A stretch of DNA of 64,000 nt from Ginglymostoma cirratum (taxonomy: Eukaryota). Numbering within the stretch: the first letter of the stretch is position 1; each line of letters begins with the position of its first letter. The notes under the pieces were generated by a model. It ran no database searches. It had not been told where the DNA came from and saw nothing but the letters and a program-made list of their open reading frames with translations. Both the position numbers and the translations under genes were made by a program. Location of the stretch: contig JAHRHZ010000018.1 of NCBI GenBank assembly GCA_024137785.1, positions 1 through 64,000 on the forward strand. Reading direction: 5' to 3'. Shown here piece after piece: positions 1 to 13,539 of the stretch.

Positions 1-395
1 CCCCCCCACAGTGGTCGAGAACGCCCTCGACCGCGTCTCCCGCATTTCCCGGAACACATCCCTCACGCCCCGTCCCCGCAACAATAACCAAAAAAGAATC
101 CCCCTCGTCCTCACGTACCACCCCACCAACCTCCGGATCCAACGCATCATCCTCCGACACTTCCGCCATCTGCAGTCAGACCCCACCACCAAAGACATCT
201 TTCCCTCCCCACCCTTATCTGCCTTCCGGAGGGACCACTCCCTCCGCGACTCCCTTGTCCGCTCCGCACTCCCCTCCAGCCCCACCACACCTGGCACTTT
301 TCCTTGTAACCGCAGGAAGTTCTACACCTGCCCCCACACCTCCTCCCTCACCCCAATCCCAGGCCCCAAGAAGACATTCCACATCAGGCAGAGGT
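1..395 (+). mobile_element. Penelope-like retroelement (PLE) fragment: RT C-terminus/linker before the GIY-YIG endonuclease
   Basis: ORF 11..457 has RIPLVLTYHP...AFRRDHSLRDSLVRS...PCNRRKFYTC, typical of the PLE thumb/linker and Cys motif; it is followed by the same terminal sequence seen in many short copies. Confidence 0.85.
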
Positions 396-810
396 CAGGC
401 AGACCTATGATGCTGCTTGACCTGCTGTGTTCATCCAGCCCCATGCTTGTTATCTAGGAGTTTCGAAAGCAGCTTCCAGACCAGTACGTACTGGTGGGGC
501 TGAATGGCCTATTTTTGTGCCATATTTCCCCTCCAATATGGAATGTAACATTCCCACAGTGAGGACAAATGACTTTCTCCCGATTGCAATGCCTGAGCTC
601 AGCATGATCACAATGAAACTCATCTCAAGCTTCAAATTCCAATGCTTCCTGTGGAAAATAGTTCCAATATGCCATGCTAGCTGTTTATTTATTGAGACAA
701 TGTGACCCAAAAGAGACCCACTCATTTCAAAAGGACAGTCACTTGCTGAGTAACTGGCGTGAAGTTGTTTAGAGTTATGTTTGGAGACTGTGGTTCATCT
801 GTGGGACTCC

Positions 811-1160
811 TTTATTCATTCACGAGATGAGTGTGTCGCTGGCTAGGCAGCATTTATTGCCCATCCCTAATTGCCCAGAGGGCAGTTAAGAGTCAACCAC
901 ATTGATGGGGTCTGGAGTCACATGTAGACTAGACCAGGTAAGGATGGCAGTTTCCTTCCCTGAAGGACATTATTGAACCAGATCGTTTTTTCCGATAATC
1001 GACAATGGATTCATGGCCATCGTTAGATTTCTAATTCCAGATATTTGCTGGATGCAAATTCCACCATCTGCCATATAGGGATTTGAACCCAGGTCCCAGA
1101 ACATTATCTGGGTCTCTGGACTAACAGTCCTGCCATAATACCACCAGGTCATTGCCTCCC
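811..1160 (-). mobile_element. tRNA-derived SINE (related copies at about 1615-2060, 7340-7470, 8575-8710, 44080-44180, 62440-62680)
   Basis: GGGTTCAAATCC B-box on the - strand; the body gagggcagttaagagtcaaccacattg...ctggagtcacatgtag recurs through the window. Confidence 0.75.
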
Positions 1161-1759
1161 CTGGCCTCCCTCATTGCCGCAGAGGGCTGTGGAGGCCAGG
1201 CCATTGAGTGTCTTTCAGACAGAGATAGATAGATTCTTGATTAGAAAGGGGATCAACAGTTTCATGGAGAAGGCAGGAGAATGATGTTGAGAAACATATC
1301 AGCCATGATTGAATGGCATAATATGCTCGATTAGCCGAATGGCCTAATTTGGCTTGCTTATCTCACGGGGAGATGGAAATATCAGGGTAATTAGGAACCC
1401 CCAGGCGACTATTAGCAGAAACCTCATTGTTGAATGATTGATAATTGAAATGATTGAGCAACTGTCTCTGCTGCTGACTCATGGGAACACAAAATACCCC
1501 ACTCCCTGCTCAGCCAATCGTTGTACCCAATGAAGATGCGGCATCAGCAGTGAATCCTCCCCTCTCCTCTCAAGCTGCCATTTAATATTCATCCCTTATT
1601 AACATTGACTATTTCAGAGGGCAGTTAAGAGGCAACCACATTGCTGTGGGTCTGGAGTCACCTTTAGGCCAGATCATCTTAGGATGGCAGATTTCCTTCC
1701 CTCAAGCGCATTAATGAACCTAATGGATTCTTATTACAATTCGTGGTTTCATGAACTAA

Positions 1760-1972
1760 ACATAAAGTCACCATAGGGCTGCTCTCTTATTAGAGAGAGA
1801 GCGAGAGAGAGAAACAACGAATGGTGGTTTAACCTGAGGGTCACCATGTCTCAGCCGAGGGGAGAGGTTGAGAAGGAGAGTCCTTCAAGGTAACCTCAGC
1901 CTGTGCAGGAATTGAACCCGCGCTGTTGGTGTTACTTTGCATCACAAACCAGCCACCCAACCAACTAAGCCC
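1760..1972 (-). mobile_element. Second tRNA-derived SINE nested in the SINE at 1615-2060
   Basis: Pol III A/B boxes (GCTTAGTTGG, GGGTTCAATTCC) on the - strand, an internal (GA)n tract, and it interrupts the host SINE. Confidence 0.6.
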
Positions 1973-2068
1973 CTAGAATTTTACAGTCCCCGTTACTGAG
2001 GCTAGTACTTTTAAAATTGCAAATGTATTTATGAATTGTATTTAAATTTCCTCAGTTCCCATGTTGAG

Positions 2069-2120
2069 ATGATCCGTGGACCTCTATTTGCTGTGACCCT
2101 GTCCCTCTGTGTTGCTTTGG
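2069..2120 (+). pseudogene. Leader (signal peptide) exon, copy A, of an IgSF receptor: MIRGPLFAVTLSLCVAL-G
   Basis: ATG, 17 mostly hydrophobic codons, phase-1 donor G|gtaagt; the exon plus about 200 bp of intron is duplicated at 16076-16328. Confidence 0.8.
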
Positions 2121-3039
2121 GTAAGTGTTTACTTTGGGGAAGTTTAACTTTCTATAAAACACCTTTCCATGGTTTGTGCTGCTGTGGAGTTTGTGTGAAT
2201 TCTATAAGTTTGAACATTGAGAACTGGAGGGGAGAGTCACAGGGAGAATTTATCACTGTCTGAAGATTGTTTGGTGCAGCTGACACAGAGCTCCACAGGC
2301 TGAGAACACAGACCAGAAAACAAAGTGATCCTCCCAACCTTTTCTGTCATTTATTGAATGGGAGAATGGGTTTGAGAGACAGGCTGCACATTAAGGTGTG
2401 TATTTGGGGTGGATTGGATTAGTTTATGTGTTTACTGGGTCTTGGGTTGGATTTGAAAGACAACCTCCTGTTTTCACAAAGTTGGCGAATTTACAGCTTT
2501 GTGATTCAGAGCGAGTTTCGCCAATGGAGCTATGCTGAGAGTTACATCAATTCTCTGTAATCAATCATATTTAATTTGTTCCACTAAACCATCTCCAGGA
2601 TTTCACAAATTGTGAATCCATTTAAAGTTCTGTATCTGTGCCAGCACTGAACTCTGGGTTTGTTCCACACCGGGAACATTTCCAAAAGATGAATGGGTTG
2701 AAAGACAATTCATGTTTTGTGTGGTGGTGTTAATTGAAGGAAGGATGTTGATAGCCAGGAGACTAAGAGTGTCTCCTGTTCTTTTTCAAATTCTGCTTTG
2801 TGATCTTTAAATCTTCGAATTTGATGACTGAGCACTTTAAGCAACTTCTGATGGAACCAACAACAGAGTGCAATCTTCTCTCTGTTACTGCTGCTTGTAG
2901 CCACTCCTGCCAAGTGATCTGCTGCCTTGGTGCCACACTTGTCTGTCTCATACCAGCCTCACAGACCCATTATAGCTTGACTGAAATCGCTCTGTGGCAT
3001 CCACCCAGTCCACCAGAACATCAAGGACCTCTCAAAAGA

Positions 3040-3935
3040 TTAAGAGAAGAGATAAGACCCCATTATGTTGGAGGTCGTACATTGGTGTGGAATATAGAGA
3101 ATTGGCTAATGGGCAGGAAACAGCAAGTGGGGATAAAGGGTTAATTTTCAGGTTGGCGATCCATGTCCAGTGGGATTCCATAGGGATCATTGCTGGGACT
3201 GCAACCGTTTACAATATATATTAATGACTGGGACGAAGGAAGTGAATGTGGTGTAGAATTATTTCCAGACAACACAAAAATAGGTGAAAAGGCACATTGC
3301 AAGACGGATAAAAACATTCTGCAGAGAGACATTGATAAGTTATGTAGGTGGGCAAAAAGCTGAAAAATGGAGTACATTGTGAGAAAATGTGAAGTTTGGA
3401 AGGGAGAAAAAAGGACAGAATATTATTTAAATGAATAAAAACTGCAGGAAGTTGCAACATAAATGGAGATGTGGTTCTTGTTCACTTGGAGTATATGAGC
3501 AGGGAAGTCTCATTGAAACAGTACAAGGTGCTGGTGAGACCACGTCTGGAGTACTGTCAGCAATATAAGTTATCTTATCAAGGAAATTTATCATTTCATT
3601 CACAGAATGGCAGTTCACAGAATGTTCATGAGGCTGATCCCTGGTTTGGAGGGATTGTCTTATGAAGAAAGGCTAAAAAGGTTGGGACTCTGTTCATTGG
3701 AAATTATAAGAATGAGCGGTGATCTCATTAGAGCTGTGGATGTGCGGGGTGAGAGCAGTGTGTCCTTGTATGTATTTAAGGCTGAGATCTGTGTTTCTTG
3801 ATCAGTCACAGAATCAAGAGTTCCACGGAAAGTGCAATAAATTAGATATGAAGAATGTCAGATCATCCATGATTGTATTGAATGGCGGAACCATTTCGAG
3901 GGGCTGAGTGGCATATTTCTGTTCCTTGTACTTAT
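3040..3935 (+). mobile_element. Decayed CR1 LINE 3' portion
   Basis: WIENWL...QQVGIKG, YKVLVRPRLEYC and LSYEERLKRLGL motifs with frameshifts. Confidence 0.85.
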
Positions 3936-4144
3936 GATCACCCTATTCCCTCATCAGTGGTGTGACCCTTTGATCTTTTACTCGTAAATTCTGTGTCTGA
4001 TACTATCTCTCTCATTAACATCTGAAGAAGGAGTAAGACTCTGAAAGTTTGTGTTTTCAAATAAACCTGTTGGACTATAACCTAGTGTTGTGTGATTTCT
4101 GACCTTGTCCACCCCAGTCCAACACTGGCACCTCCACATCATCT

Positions 4145-4301
4145 ACACATAAACACGCATGCTATACACAAAACACATGCATTCATGTCCAGACACACCA
4201 ACAACACGTACATCTGCAAACATAATACACACAGTCTCATACATACAACACACGAACACTTATGTACACACACATATGCCCACAAAACACACATTCATTT
4301 G

Positions 4302-4346
<45 letters not shown>

Positions 4347-4495
4347 CATACACACTCATGTAAATTCTCTCTCTCTTCCACTCACACACTCATTATACAC
4401 ACAAATGCAACAATATACACACACCAACACAGGCCACATGTACACATACTCTCTCTCAGAAACACAGACACAGAATGACAGACAGAGAGACACAG
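4145..4495. repeat. CA-rich low-complexity tract with a (CA)n microsatellite (similar tract at 5270-5405)
   Basis: Pure (CA)n run at about 4305-4345 within degenerate CA sequence. Confidence 0.95.
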
Positions 4496-4920
4496 GCACT
4501 CAGAGTCATTGAGCCAAACAGCAAGGAAACAGACCCCTTGGTCCAACCAGTCCATGCTGAACATAATGCCAAACTAAACTCGTCCCACCTGCCCACTACT
4601 GGCCCATATCCCTCCAAACCTTTTCTAGTCATATATCCATCTAATTATCTTTAAAATGTTGCAATTGTATCCACATCCACCACTTCATCAGGAAGTTCAT
4701 TCCACATGTGAACCACCACCTGTGTAAAAAATAAGTCTTTTTCAAATCTCTCTCTTCTCACCTTAAAAATGGGCCTCCTATTATTGTAATTCCCCATCTT
4801 AGAGAACAGACAACCAAAGTCCCAGACCAAACTGGTTCATGTAAATACACACATACATACACTGATAAACACACACACACATTCCCCCACATCTGCACAC
4901 GCAGAATCTCACACATACTC

Positions 4921-5262
4921 ATAGAATCCCTACAATGTGGGATCAGTCCATTTGGCCCATTGCATCCACACCAACCCTCTGAAGAGCATTCCATCAGACC
5001 CGTTTCCCTACCCCTATCCCTGTAATCCTGCATTTCCATGGCTATGCCATCTAGCCAGAACATCCCTGGACACTATAGGTAATTTAGCATTGCTGATTGA
5101 CCTACCTGCACATCTTTAGACTGTGGGAGGAAACTGGAGCACCCAGAGGAGACCCAAGCAGAGATGAGGAAAATGTGCAAATGCCATGCAGACAGTCACC
5201 TGAGGGTAGAATCAAACCCAAGTTCCTGGCGCTGTGACGCAGCAGTGCTACCCACTGTGTCA
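4921..5262 (-). mobile_element. HE1-type (V-SINE) shark SINE
   Basis: - strand reads ...GTAGCACTGCTGCGTCACAGCGCCAGG...GGTGCTCCAGTTTCCTCCCACAGTCTAAAGATGTGCAGG, the HE1/V-domain core, with a CR1-like tail. Confidence 0.85.
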
Positions 5263-5909
5263 ACCAATACACAGGCAGACATACATGCCACAACATGCAC
5301 AAACTAACACACAGAACATGAACACACCAATACCTATGCTCTCGCGCACATAAACTCTCACACACACAAAGACACATGCACAGACGCACACACACATATA
5401 CACAAAGGAAACTTTTTGTGTTTTGTCTACATTCAAGCTAATTGTCACAGTTACAAGGTGTTTGTTTAGTTTTACAAAATTTGTGAATCTTATCCGCTAC
5501 CCTTTGGTCATAGAGTTATGCAGCAGGGAAACAGACCCTTTTGTCAAACTCATCCATGCCAGGAGCAGCTGACCAGATATCCTAAATTGATCAAGTCCCA
5601 TTTGGCAACATTTGGTCCATACACGCTAAACACTTTCTATTCATAGACACATCCAGATATCTTTTAAATGTTGTAATTGTATCCACCTCCATCACCTCCT
5701 TTAGCAGCTCTTTCTGTACACACACCACCATTTGCGTGAAAATGTTGCCCTTTACATCCCTTTTAAATCATTCCACTCTCAACTTAAACCTTTTGGCTCT
5801 ATTTTAGACTCCTGTACCCTGGGAAAAAGACTTTGGTTATTCACAATATCCATGCCCCTCATGATTTTATAAACATCTATAAGGTCACCCCTCAGCCTCC
5901 AACGCTGAA

Positions 5910-7000
5910 CAATATGCAATCATCAGTTAACATCCCCATTTCTGACCTTATGATGAAGGAAAGTCATTGATGAAGCAGCTGAAATGGTTGGGCTCCCAGG
6001 AATTCTTGCAGAAATGTCCTAGAACTGAGATGACTGACATCCAACAACCACAACCATCTTCCTATGTGCCAGGTATGAATCAAACCCAGTGTAGAGTACG
6101 TAAATTGATTTCAGTTTTGTTTGGGCACTTTAATGCCACACTCAGTTGAATGTGACCATGATGTCAAGGGCTGTCACTCTCACTTCATGTCTGGAATTCA
6201 CTTCTCTTGTCCACGTTTGAAACAAGGCTCTAATGAGGTCAGGTGCAGAGCGCCCTTGATGAAACCCAAACTGGGCTTCACTGAGCAGGCTATTGCCAAG
6301 CTGTTGACGATACCTTCCATCATTATACTGGTGATCAAGAGTAGATTGATGAGGCAGCATTAGCTGGGTTGGATTTGTCCTGTTTTTTATGCACAGGAGA
6401 GGCTTAGGCAATTTTTCACATTGTCAGATTGCTGCCAGTGTTGCAACTGCACTGGAAGGGCTTTGCTAGGGGTGCAGCAAGTTCTGGAGCACAGGTCTTA
6501 AAGCACTATTGTGGGAATGTTGTCAGGCCCATAGTCTTTGCAGTATTTAGTGCCTTCAACCAATTTTTAATGCCACAGAGTAAATCAAATTGGCTGAAGT
6601 CTGGTATCTGTAATGCTGGGGGCCAATGGAGGAGGCTGAGATAGTCACTCCACTTAGCACTTCTGGCTGAAGGTTGTTTCGAATGCTTCAGCCTTATCTT
6701 TTGCACTGGTGTGCTCGGCTCTTCCATCCCTGAGGATGGGGATATTTGTGGAGACTCCTCCTCCAGTGAGTTGTTTAATTGTCCACTACTATTAATGACT
6801 GGATGTGGCAGAACTGTAGAGTTTATATCTGATCCATTATTCCTGGGCTTGCTTAGCTCTGTTTATCACTTGCTGCTTATGCTGTATGATAGCATCACCA
6901 GGTTGATATCTCATTTTCAATGAATTGATGCTGCTCCTTGTACGCCCTCCTGAACTCTACATTGAACCAGGCATGATTCCCTGGTTTGATGGCAATGGTT
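5910..7000 (-). mobile_element. Decayed CR1/L2-group LINE RT fragment (different family from the main CR1s)
   Basis: LLSEAQFGF...RSAPDLI...VRVTALDI and NHAWFNVEFRRAY motifs. Confidence 0.75.
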
Positions 7001-7489
7001 GAGCAAGGGTTTTTATATTCAACAAAGATCCTTAGACAGCACCTTCCAAACCCATGACCACTTCCATCTTGAAGGACAAGGACAGCAGATTTTGGGAATA
7101 CCACCACCTCCAAGTCACTCACTATCCTGTTTTGGAAATATATCGCCGTACTTTCACTGTCACTGGTCAAAATCCTGGAATTCCCTCGCTAATAACATTG
7201 TAGGTCAACCCACAGCTGGATGACTGCAGCGGCTCAAGAAGGCAGCTCACCACCACCTTCTCAAGGGCAACTAGGGATGGGCAAAAAATGCTGGCCAGCC
7301 AGCAACATCCACATCCCATAAATGAATAAAAAGAAATGAATTCACAGGATGAGGGCTCCACTGGTTAAGCTGGCATTTATTGGCCATCCATAATTGCCCA
7401 GAGAGCAGCTAAGAATCAATTATATTGCTGTAGCTGTTTCCTTCCTTAAAGAACATTATAGAACCAGATAAGAACAGATAAAAAAAACA

Positions 7490-9550
7490 CAAAAGAGAAG
7501 TATGGCACAGGAACAGGCACTTTGGCCCTCCAAGCCTGTGCCAATCATCACACCCTGACTGAACTAAAAAACAAACCTTTTGCCCTTATTTGGTCCGTAT
7601 CCCTCTATTTCTTCCCTTTTCAAGTAAACATCCAGATGCCTCTTAAATGTCGCCAATGTGCCTGCTTCTACCACCTCCTTTGGCAGTGCATTCCAGGCTC
7701 CTACCACTCTGTGCATGAAAAGCCTTCCTCGCACATCTCTCTTAAACTTTTGCCCTCTCAACTTGAACCTGTACCCCCTTGTAATTAAAACTTCAACCCT
7801 GGGAAAAAGCCTTTGACTATCCACCTTATCTATGCCTCTCATAATTTTGCAGACCTCTATCAGGTATCTTCTCAGCTGCCATCTTTCCAGTGAAAACAAT
7901 CCTAGTCTTTTCCGCTCCCCTGATACTGCCAGGCCTACTGTGTTAATCCAGCTCTACACCTTGTTATCTCAGACTCCAGTATCGGCAGTTCCTACTATCC
8001 CTAGTCTGTTTAACCTTTCCTCATAGCCAATATCCTCGAGACTGGGCAACATCCTGATAAACCTTCTCTGCACTCTGTCCAATGCATCCATATCCTTCTG
8101 GTAGTGTGGCGACCAAAACTGCACACAATACTCCAAATGCAGCCTAACAAACATCTTATATAGCTGCAACATGTTTTGCTAACTCTTGTACTCCATGGCC
8201 CAGCTAATGAAGGCAAGCATGCCATATGCCTTCTTAATCACTTTGACCACCTGTGTTGCCAATTTTAGGGAACTGCAGACCTACATGCCCAGATCCATCT
8301 GTATGTTAATGTTCCTAAGGGTTCTGCCATTTACAGTATAATTCACACCTAAATTTGATCCTCCAAAATGCATCACCTCGCTTTTGTCTGGATTAAGCTC
8401 AGTCTGCCATTTCTGTGCTCACGTCGCCAATTTATCTATATCCTGTTTATCCTTTCACAATGATCAGCACTATCAGCAGCCCCACCAATCTTCATGTCAT
8501 CTGCAAACTTACTAATCAGACCACCCACATTTTCCTCCAGATCATTTATATATACTACAAACAATTGGAAATGGTTTCCTGGTAATCACTGGATTCTTAT
8601 TTCCAGAATTTCATCAAACTCAAATTGCACCATCTGCCGTGGTGGAGTTTGAACAAAGGTCCTCAGAACATTAATAGTCTGGTGATAACCACTAGGCCAT
8701 CATCTCTTCCCCAACCCCCACATCCCACCCCACCCCAGATCAATCTAATTCCTCATAGATTCATACAGTATACAAGAACCTTTCAGCCCATAGAGCTTGT
8801 ACTACCAAAAATATATGTCTACATACACTTTCCTGCACTAGGCAAGTTATGAAACTCTCACTCACACAAAGGCATGACTCGACAAGAGCTTATCTAAGTA
8901 CTTTTTGAATTTGTGAGCTCTCCCACCTTAGCTAGCTTCCCAGACAGTACATTCCAGACAACTGCCAATTCCCTCTGAACCTCCTGTTTTTCACTTTATA
9001 GTATGCGCCTTTGTTACTGCCCTGTTGACAAACAGGAGCAGATGTTTTCTAATCACACCGTCTATGCCCCTTATAATCTTATACACCTATATCAGGTTCC
9101 CCCTCCCCAAATCTTCTCTCCTCCAAAGTAAGCAACCAAAGCTTATCATCTCCCTTCACAACAGAAATGCTGCATCTCAGGCAACATCCTGGTGACTCTC
9201 CTTGGCACCCCCTCCATCATAATTCCATCCTTCCCTCAGTGTGGTGACCAAAACTGCACAAAGTACTCCAGCTGTGGCCTAACTAAAGTTCTGTACAGCT
9301 GCAAAGTAACCACCCTGCTCTTATGAACTCTACCACAACTGAAAAATGCAAGTATCCCATATGCCTTCTTAACCAGCATATTAACCTGCCCAGCCACCTT
9401 TAATGATCTGTAGGTGTGCACACTAAGATCACTCTGTTCTTCTCAGTTTCCTAAAGACTTCCTATTCATTAAGTACTCCCCTATCTTGTTACTTCTTCCA
9501 ATGTGCATCATCTCACATTTATCAGAATTAAATTCCATCTATCACTGATC
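7490..9550 (-). mobile_element. Two 5'-truncated CR1 LINEs (about 7490-8565 and 8750-9550)
   Basis: LQLYK..VR.HLEYCVQFWSPH and VVGAWNALP motifs; a short PLE-derived insert at about 7910-8000. Confidence 0.9.
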
Positions 9551-10419
9551 TTTCTTCCTTTCATTTGCCCTGCCTGTATTGCACCTGACTCATTCTTCTG
9601 TCATTCTCTCATTTTCTCTATCTGTCTTCCTCCATCTATTCTCTGATTCACACTCACCCTGCTTGCCCTCTCTTGCTCTTCATTCTGTCTCCTGCTCACT
9701 TTCTTTCTGTCTCTCAATCAACCTTGTTCTTATTTCTTTATCCGTGGTTCTCTCTCTTTCTCTCACTATTTCTGATCATTTCTCCGTGTCTTTTTTAAAA
9801 AATATTTCACCACATTTTATTTTTATATCCCTCCGTCTCTTTCACCCATTGGTTATCTATCTCTGGCCTCCTCGTTCTTTCCCCCTCTCTCTGTATCTCT
9901 CTCTTGTTTTCCCTTTAGAAATGTGTGTTGACAGTTCCTATTCAAAGCAAATTTTCCCATGTAATGACGAATTACATCCCAAGTAGTTGATTCACTGATA
10001 ATCACTAACTGGTCTATAACAGCTGTGCTTAACTTTACAACCTTTTGTCAAAAAGGGCATGATATTTTCGAGCCTCCGTTATATTGGTACCTCTCCTGTG
10101 TTCATTTGGGGGGAGGGGATGCTGACAGCTTAAGGCCAATGTGTCTCCACAATTTCCCCTTTCACTTCATTGAGTATCATTGGATACATCTCACCTGGTC
10201 CTGGTATCTTATCAACTTGGAGAAACGATAATTTGTCCAATAACATCTCCTCATCAATTCTAAATACTTTATCACCTGCATTGTCACCATGCCTCCAGCA
10301 ATAAATTGTGTTGTGACAATGCTGTAATAATTCAACAGAAGGAAGCAGTGTGTTGAATTGTTAAATCGGTTTGTGATAGGCATCACGATACAGTGTTCCC
10401 ATACATAATTATTCAATAT

Positions 10420-10760
10420 TCAACTACATAAAAAGAAAACAATTACTAAAACGTAGTGCGTATGCCAATGGTAGTGAAATTACCCAGTAGTCCTCGCGGT
10501 TGAGAAAGTCCCTATCGTGGCAGCCTACCATGGAGCAAAGATCAGGCGCAAAGTCTGGGGCAAAGCCTGGATAGTGGAGCATGCGCATTGCGGGGGATGT
10601 ACAAGGTTTTGTTTCTCGTCTCCGGATCTTCTTGAATGATTTCGACAATAAAGGCTCGTTTGGGAGGTTGCAGCCAGATGTGAGAAGAAGGCTTCTTTAA
10701 CATCTTGTGCCTTCCGTAAAGCTTTGCAGAGCCGATGTTTGCAACGGAAATAGAATCAGA
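10420..10760. promoter_or_regulatory. Short CpG-enriched, promoter-like segment with ZNF143/Staf-like and NRF1-like motifs
   Basis: TACCCAGTAGTCCTCGCG at 10481-10498 and GCATGCGCATTGCG at 10579-10592; locally many CpGs in a CpG-poor window. Confidence 0.35.
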
Positions 10761-10849
10761 GACAGAAATTAGGAGCAGGAGGGGACCTTTATCGCCTGTT
10801 CCTCCATTCATTACGGTCAGGGCTCATCATCCACGTGTTCTATCCAGCC

Positions 10850-11390
10850 TAGAGTCAAAAGCATGGAAGCGGACCCTTTGATCCAACTCAAACAAAAACA
10901 GAAGTTGCGGGAAAAGCTCAGCAGGTCTAGCAGCATCTGTGAAGAAAAAAATCAGAGTTACCGTTTTGGATCCGGTGACGCTTCCTCAGAACTCCTTTGA
11001 TCCAACTGTTTTGCCTATATTCCCCCAAACCTTTTCAATGCACGTACTTATCCAAATGTCACTGTACGTGTATCCACCTCTTCCTCTCGCAGGCCATTGC
11101 ACACACAAGGCATCCTTTCTGTAGAAGAAGTTGCCCTCATGTCCTTTTTAAATCTTTCACCTCTCAGCTTAAAAATGTGCCTCCTACTTTTTAACTCCTT
11201 CACTCTAAGAAAAGCTTCCTTGTTATTCACCTTATCTATGGCCCTCATGATTTTTTGAACTTCTGTAAGGTTACCTGTCAACCTCCAATGCTCCAGGGAA
11301 AAAAAATCCAGCCTATTTTTATAACTTAAACCCTACATTCCAGACTACATTCTGGAAATCGTTTCTGAACCATCTCCAATTTAATAATGT
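10850..11390 (-). mobile_element. CR1 3' end interrupted by a short PLE-derived insert (10890-10993)
   Basis: CR1 C-terminal motifs; the insert is flanked by the duplication CCTTTGATCCAACT. Confidence 0.8.
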
Positions 11391-11975
11391 ATCAGAGATA
11401 ATAGGTACTGCAGATGCGTAGGAGAATCCGACATAACAAGGTGTGGAGCTGGATGAACACAGCAGGCCAAGCAGCATCATAGGAGCAGGAAAGCTTGAGG
11501 AANNNNNNNNNNNNNNNNNNNNNNNNNNNNNNNNNNNNNNNNNNNNNNNNNNNNNNNNNNNNNNNNNNNNNNNNNNNNNNNNNNNNNNNNNNNNNNNNNN
11601 NNNNNNNNNNNNNNNNNNNNNNNNNNNNNNNNNNNNNNNNNNNNNNNNNNNNNNNNNNNNNNNNNNNNNNNNNNNNNNNNNNNNNNNNNNNNNNNNNNNN
11701 NNNNNNNNNNNNNNNNNNNNNNNNNNNNNNNNNNNNNNNNNNNNNNNNNNNNNNNNNNNNNNNNNNNNNNNNNNNNNNNNNNNNNNNNNNNNNNNNNNNN
11801 NNNNNNNNNNNNNNNNNNNNNNNNNNNNNNNNNNNNNNNNNNNNNNNNNNNNNNNNNNNNNNNNNNNNNNNNNNNNNNNNNNNNNNNNNNNNNNNNNNNN
11901 NNTTCCTCAAGCTTTCCTGCTCCTATGATGCTGCTTGGCCTGCTGTGTTCATCCAGCTCCACACCTTGTTATCTC
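11391..11975. mobile_element. PLE-derived inverted-repeat insertion spanning assembly gap 1 (11503-11902)
   Basis: Arms either side of the N-run are reverse complements; flanking duplication ATCTCCAATTTAATAATGT at 11372-11390 and 11971-11989. Confidence 0.85.
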
Positions 11976-12269
11976 CAATTTAATAATGTCCTACACACAG
12001 TACTCCAGAAGAGGTCCAGTTTTAGTGTTAGAGGGTGTGTTGGTATTCATTGAAGACAAAGTGGCAGCATGGCGTGTGTACAAGATGCAACAAGTAGCTG
12101 ACGGATTATTGGACTGGGGACCAGTTTTCAGTGACAAAGGCCTTCTGCCTTCCAACAACTACATGATTGCTAGCACTTCACCTGATGAAGAAGCAGCATT
12201 CCGAAAACTTGTGATTTCAGATAAGCCTTCCTGACCTGCTATGGCCCACTTGGTGGTGGGACATTTGAA

Positions 12270-12545
12270 AGCATCAGAGCATCAGAGAGTGTCAGAAAGT
12301 GAGATGACAGTGCACTAGGATAAACACCAAGCTGCAAGAAGTGAATGTGCGTTGGTAACAACAGCCCGTGGGAAAAGAAAGGAAAAATTGTTAACTCATT
12401 CCAGAAATAATTCACCAGGAGACTCTTCCAGCTTTCCTGCTTCATTTCAACCTTCCAGAGAACTCTCCAAGAACAGCTTCTTTCTGACCATCACAAACGT
12501 GCAGCCCAGTGATACTGCCATCTCTACTTGTAATTTGTGGGGCTA
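12270..12545 (+). pseudogene. Disabled Ig V-set domain exon, copy A
   Basis: Across frameshifts reads EHQRVSESE/QCTRINTKLQEVNVRW*QQPVGKER/LLTHSRNN...FQPSRELSKNSFFLTITNVQPSDTAISTCNLWG; Cys 12311, Trp 12353 (then TAA), Cys 12529; aligns with the domain at 19644. Confidence 0.85.
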
Positions 12546-12579
12546 CACCCAAACAATTACTGCCCCTCAGTCTGATCTA

Positions 12580-13465
12580 TAAGGCCATAAGATGCAGGAG
12601 CAGAATTAAGCCATTCAGACCCTGCTCTGCAATTCGATCATGGTTGATATGTTTCTCACTCCATCCTCCTGACTACTCACAATAACTCTTGATCCCTTTA
12701 GTAGTCAAGAACCTAACTATCTCTGCCTTCACAGCCCTCTGCAGCAATGAATTCTACAGATTCACCACCCTCTGGCTGAAGAAATTCCTCCTGATCCCAG
12801 TTCTAATGGGTCCTCCCTTCAGTCTGAGGCTGTGCCCTTGGGTCCTAGCCTGTCCTACTAATGGAAACATTTTCTCCATGTCCACTCTATCCAGGCCTCT
12901 AAATATTCTTCAAGTTCAGTTATGTCTCCACCCACATCCCCCTCCCCCACCATTCTTCTAAACTCCATCAAATACAGATCCAAACTCTTCAACCACTCCT
13001 CATATGACAAGATCTCCATCCCCAGAATCATTCTTGTTAACCTTCTCTTGTCGCCCTCCAAGGCAAGCACACCCTTCCTTAGATACAGGACTCAAAACTG
13101 CTTGCAATATTCCAAATGTAGTCTGACCACAGCTTCAGCATTACAACCCTGCTTTTGTATTCTAGCCCCCTTGAATTGAATTGAAACACCAAGCTAGGAC
13201 TCGCGTGTCCCTTTGTGCTTCAGATTTCCAAATCCTTTCCCCATTTAGAAAATAATTCACGCCTTTATTCTTCTTAACAAAGTGTGTAATCTCATATTTT
13301 CTCACATTGTATTCCATTAGCCACTTCTTTGCCCAGCACCTTCCCCTTAATTATGGCCACTACACTCACCTCTGCCCCTTTGACTCTCATGAAGTTGTGG
13401 TCTGTTGCTGATGTCCTCCACCGTGAAAACTGATGCAAAATACCTAATCCCCTTTTCCACATTTT
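12580..13465 (-). mobile_element. Decayed CR1 LINE with internal deletions
   Basis: LALEGDKRRLTRMILGMEILSYEEWL and YFASVFTVED motifs. Confidence 0.85.
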
Positions 13466-13539
13466 GGAAAATTAAACGATAATGCTGTGCTGCTTCTCCC
13501 GGCTTACAGCAGAAACTGAAACGTGAGAATCCAGGGCAG

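Noticed and set aside
4092-4512. His/Thr-rich ORFs
   Set aside because: Translations of CA microsatellite and low-complexity DNA
9579-9986. Hydrophobic 135-aa ORF (similar one at 39761-40240)
   Set aside because: Derived from CT-rich low-complexity sequence, not a membrane protein
11392-11983. Long ORFs of X residues here and at 41619-42287
   Set aside because: Artefacts of the N-run assembly gaps
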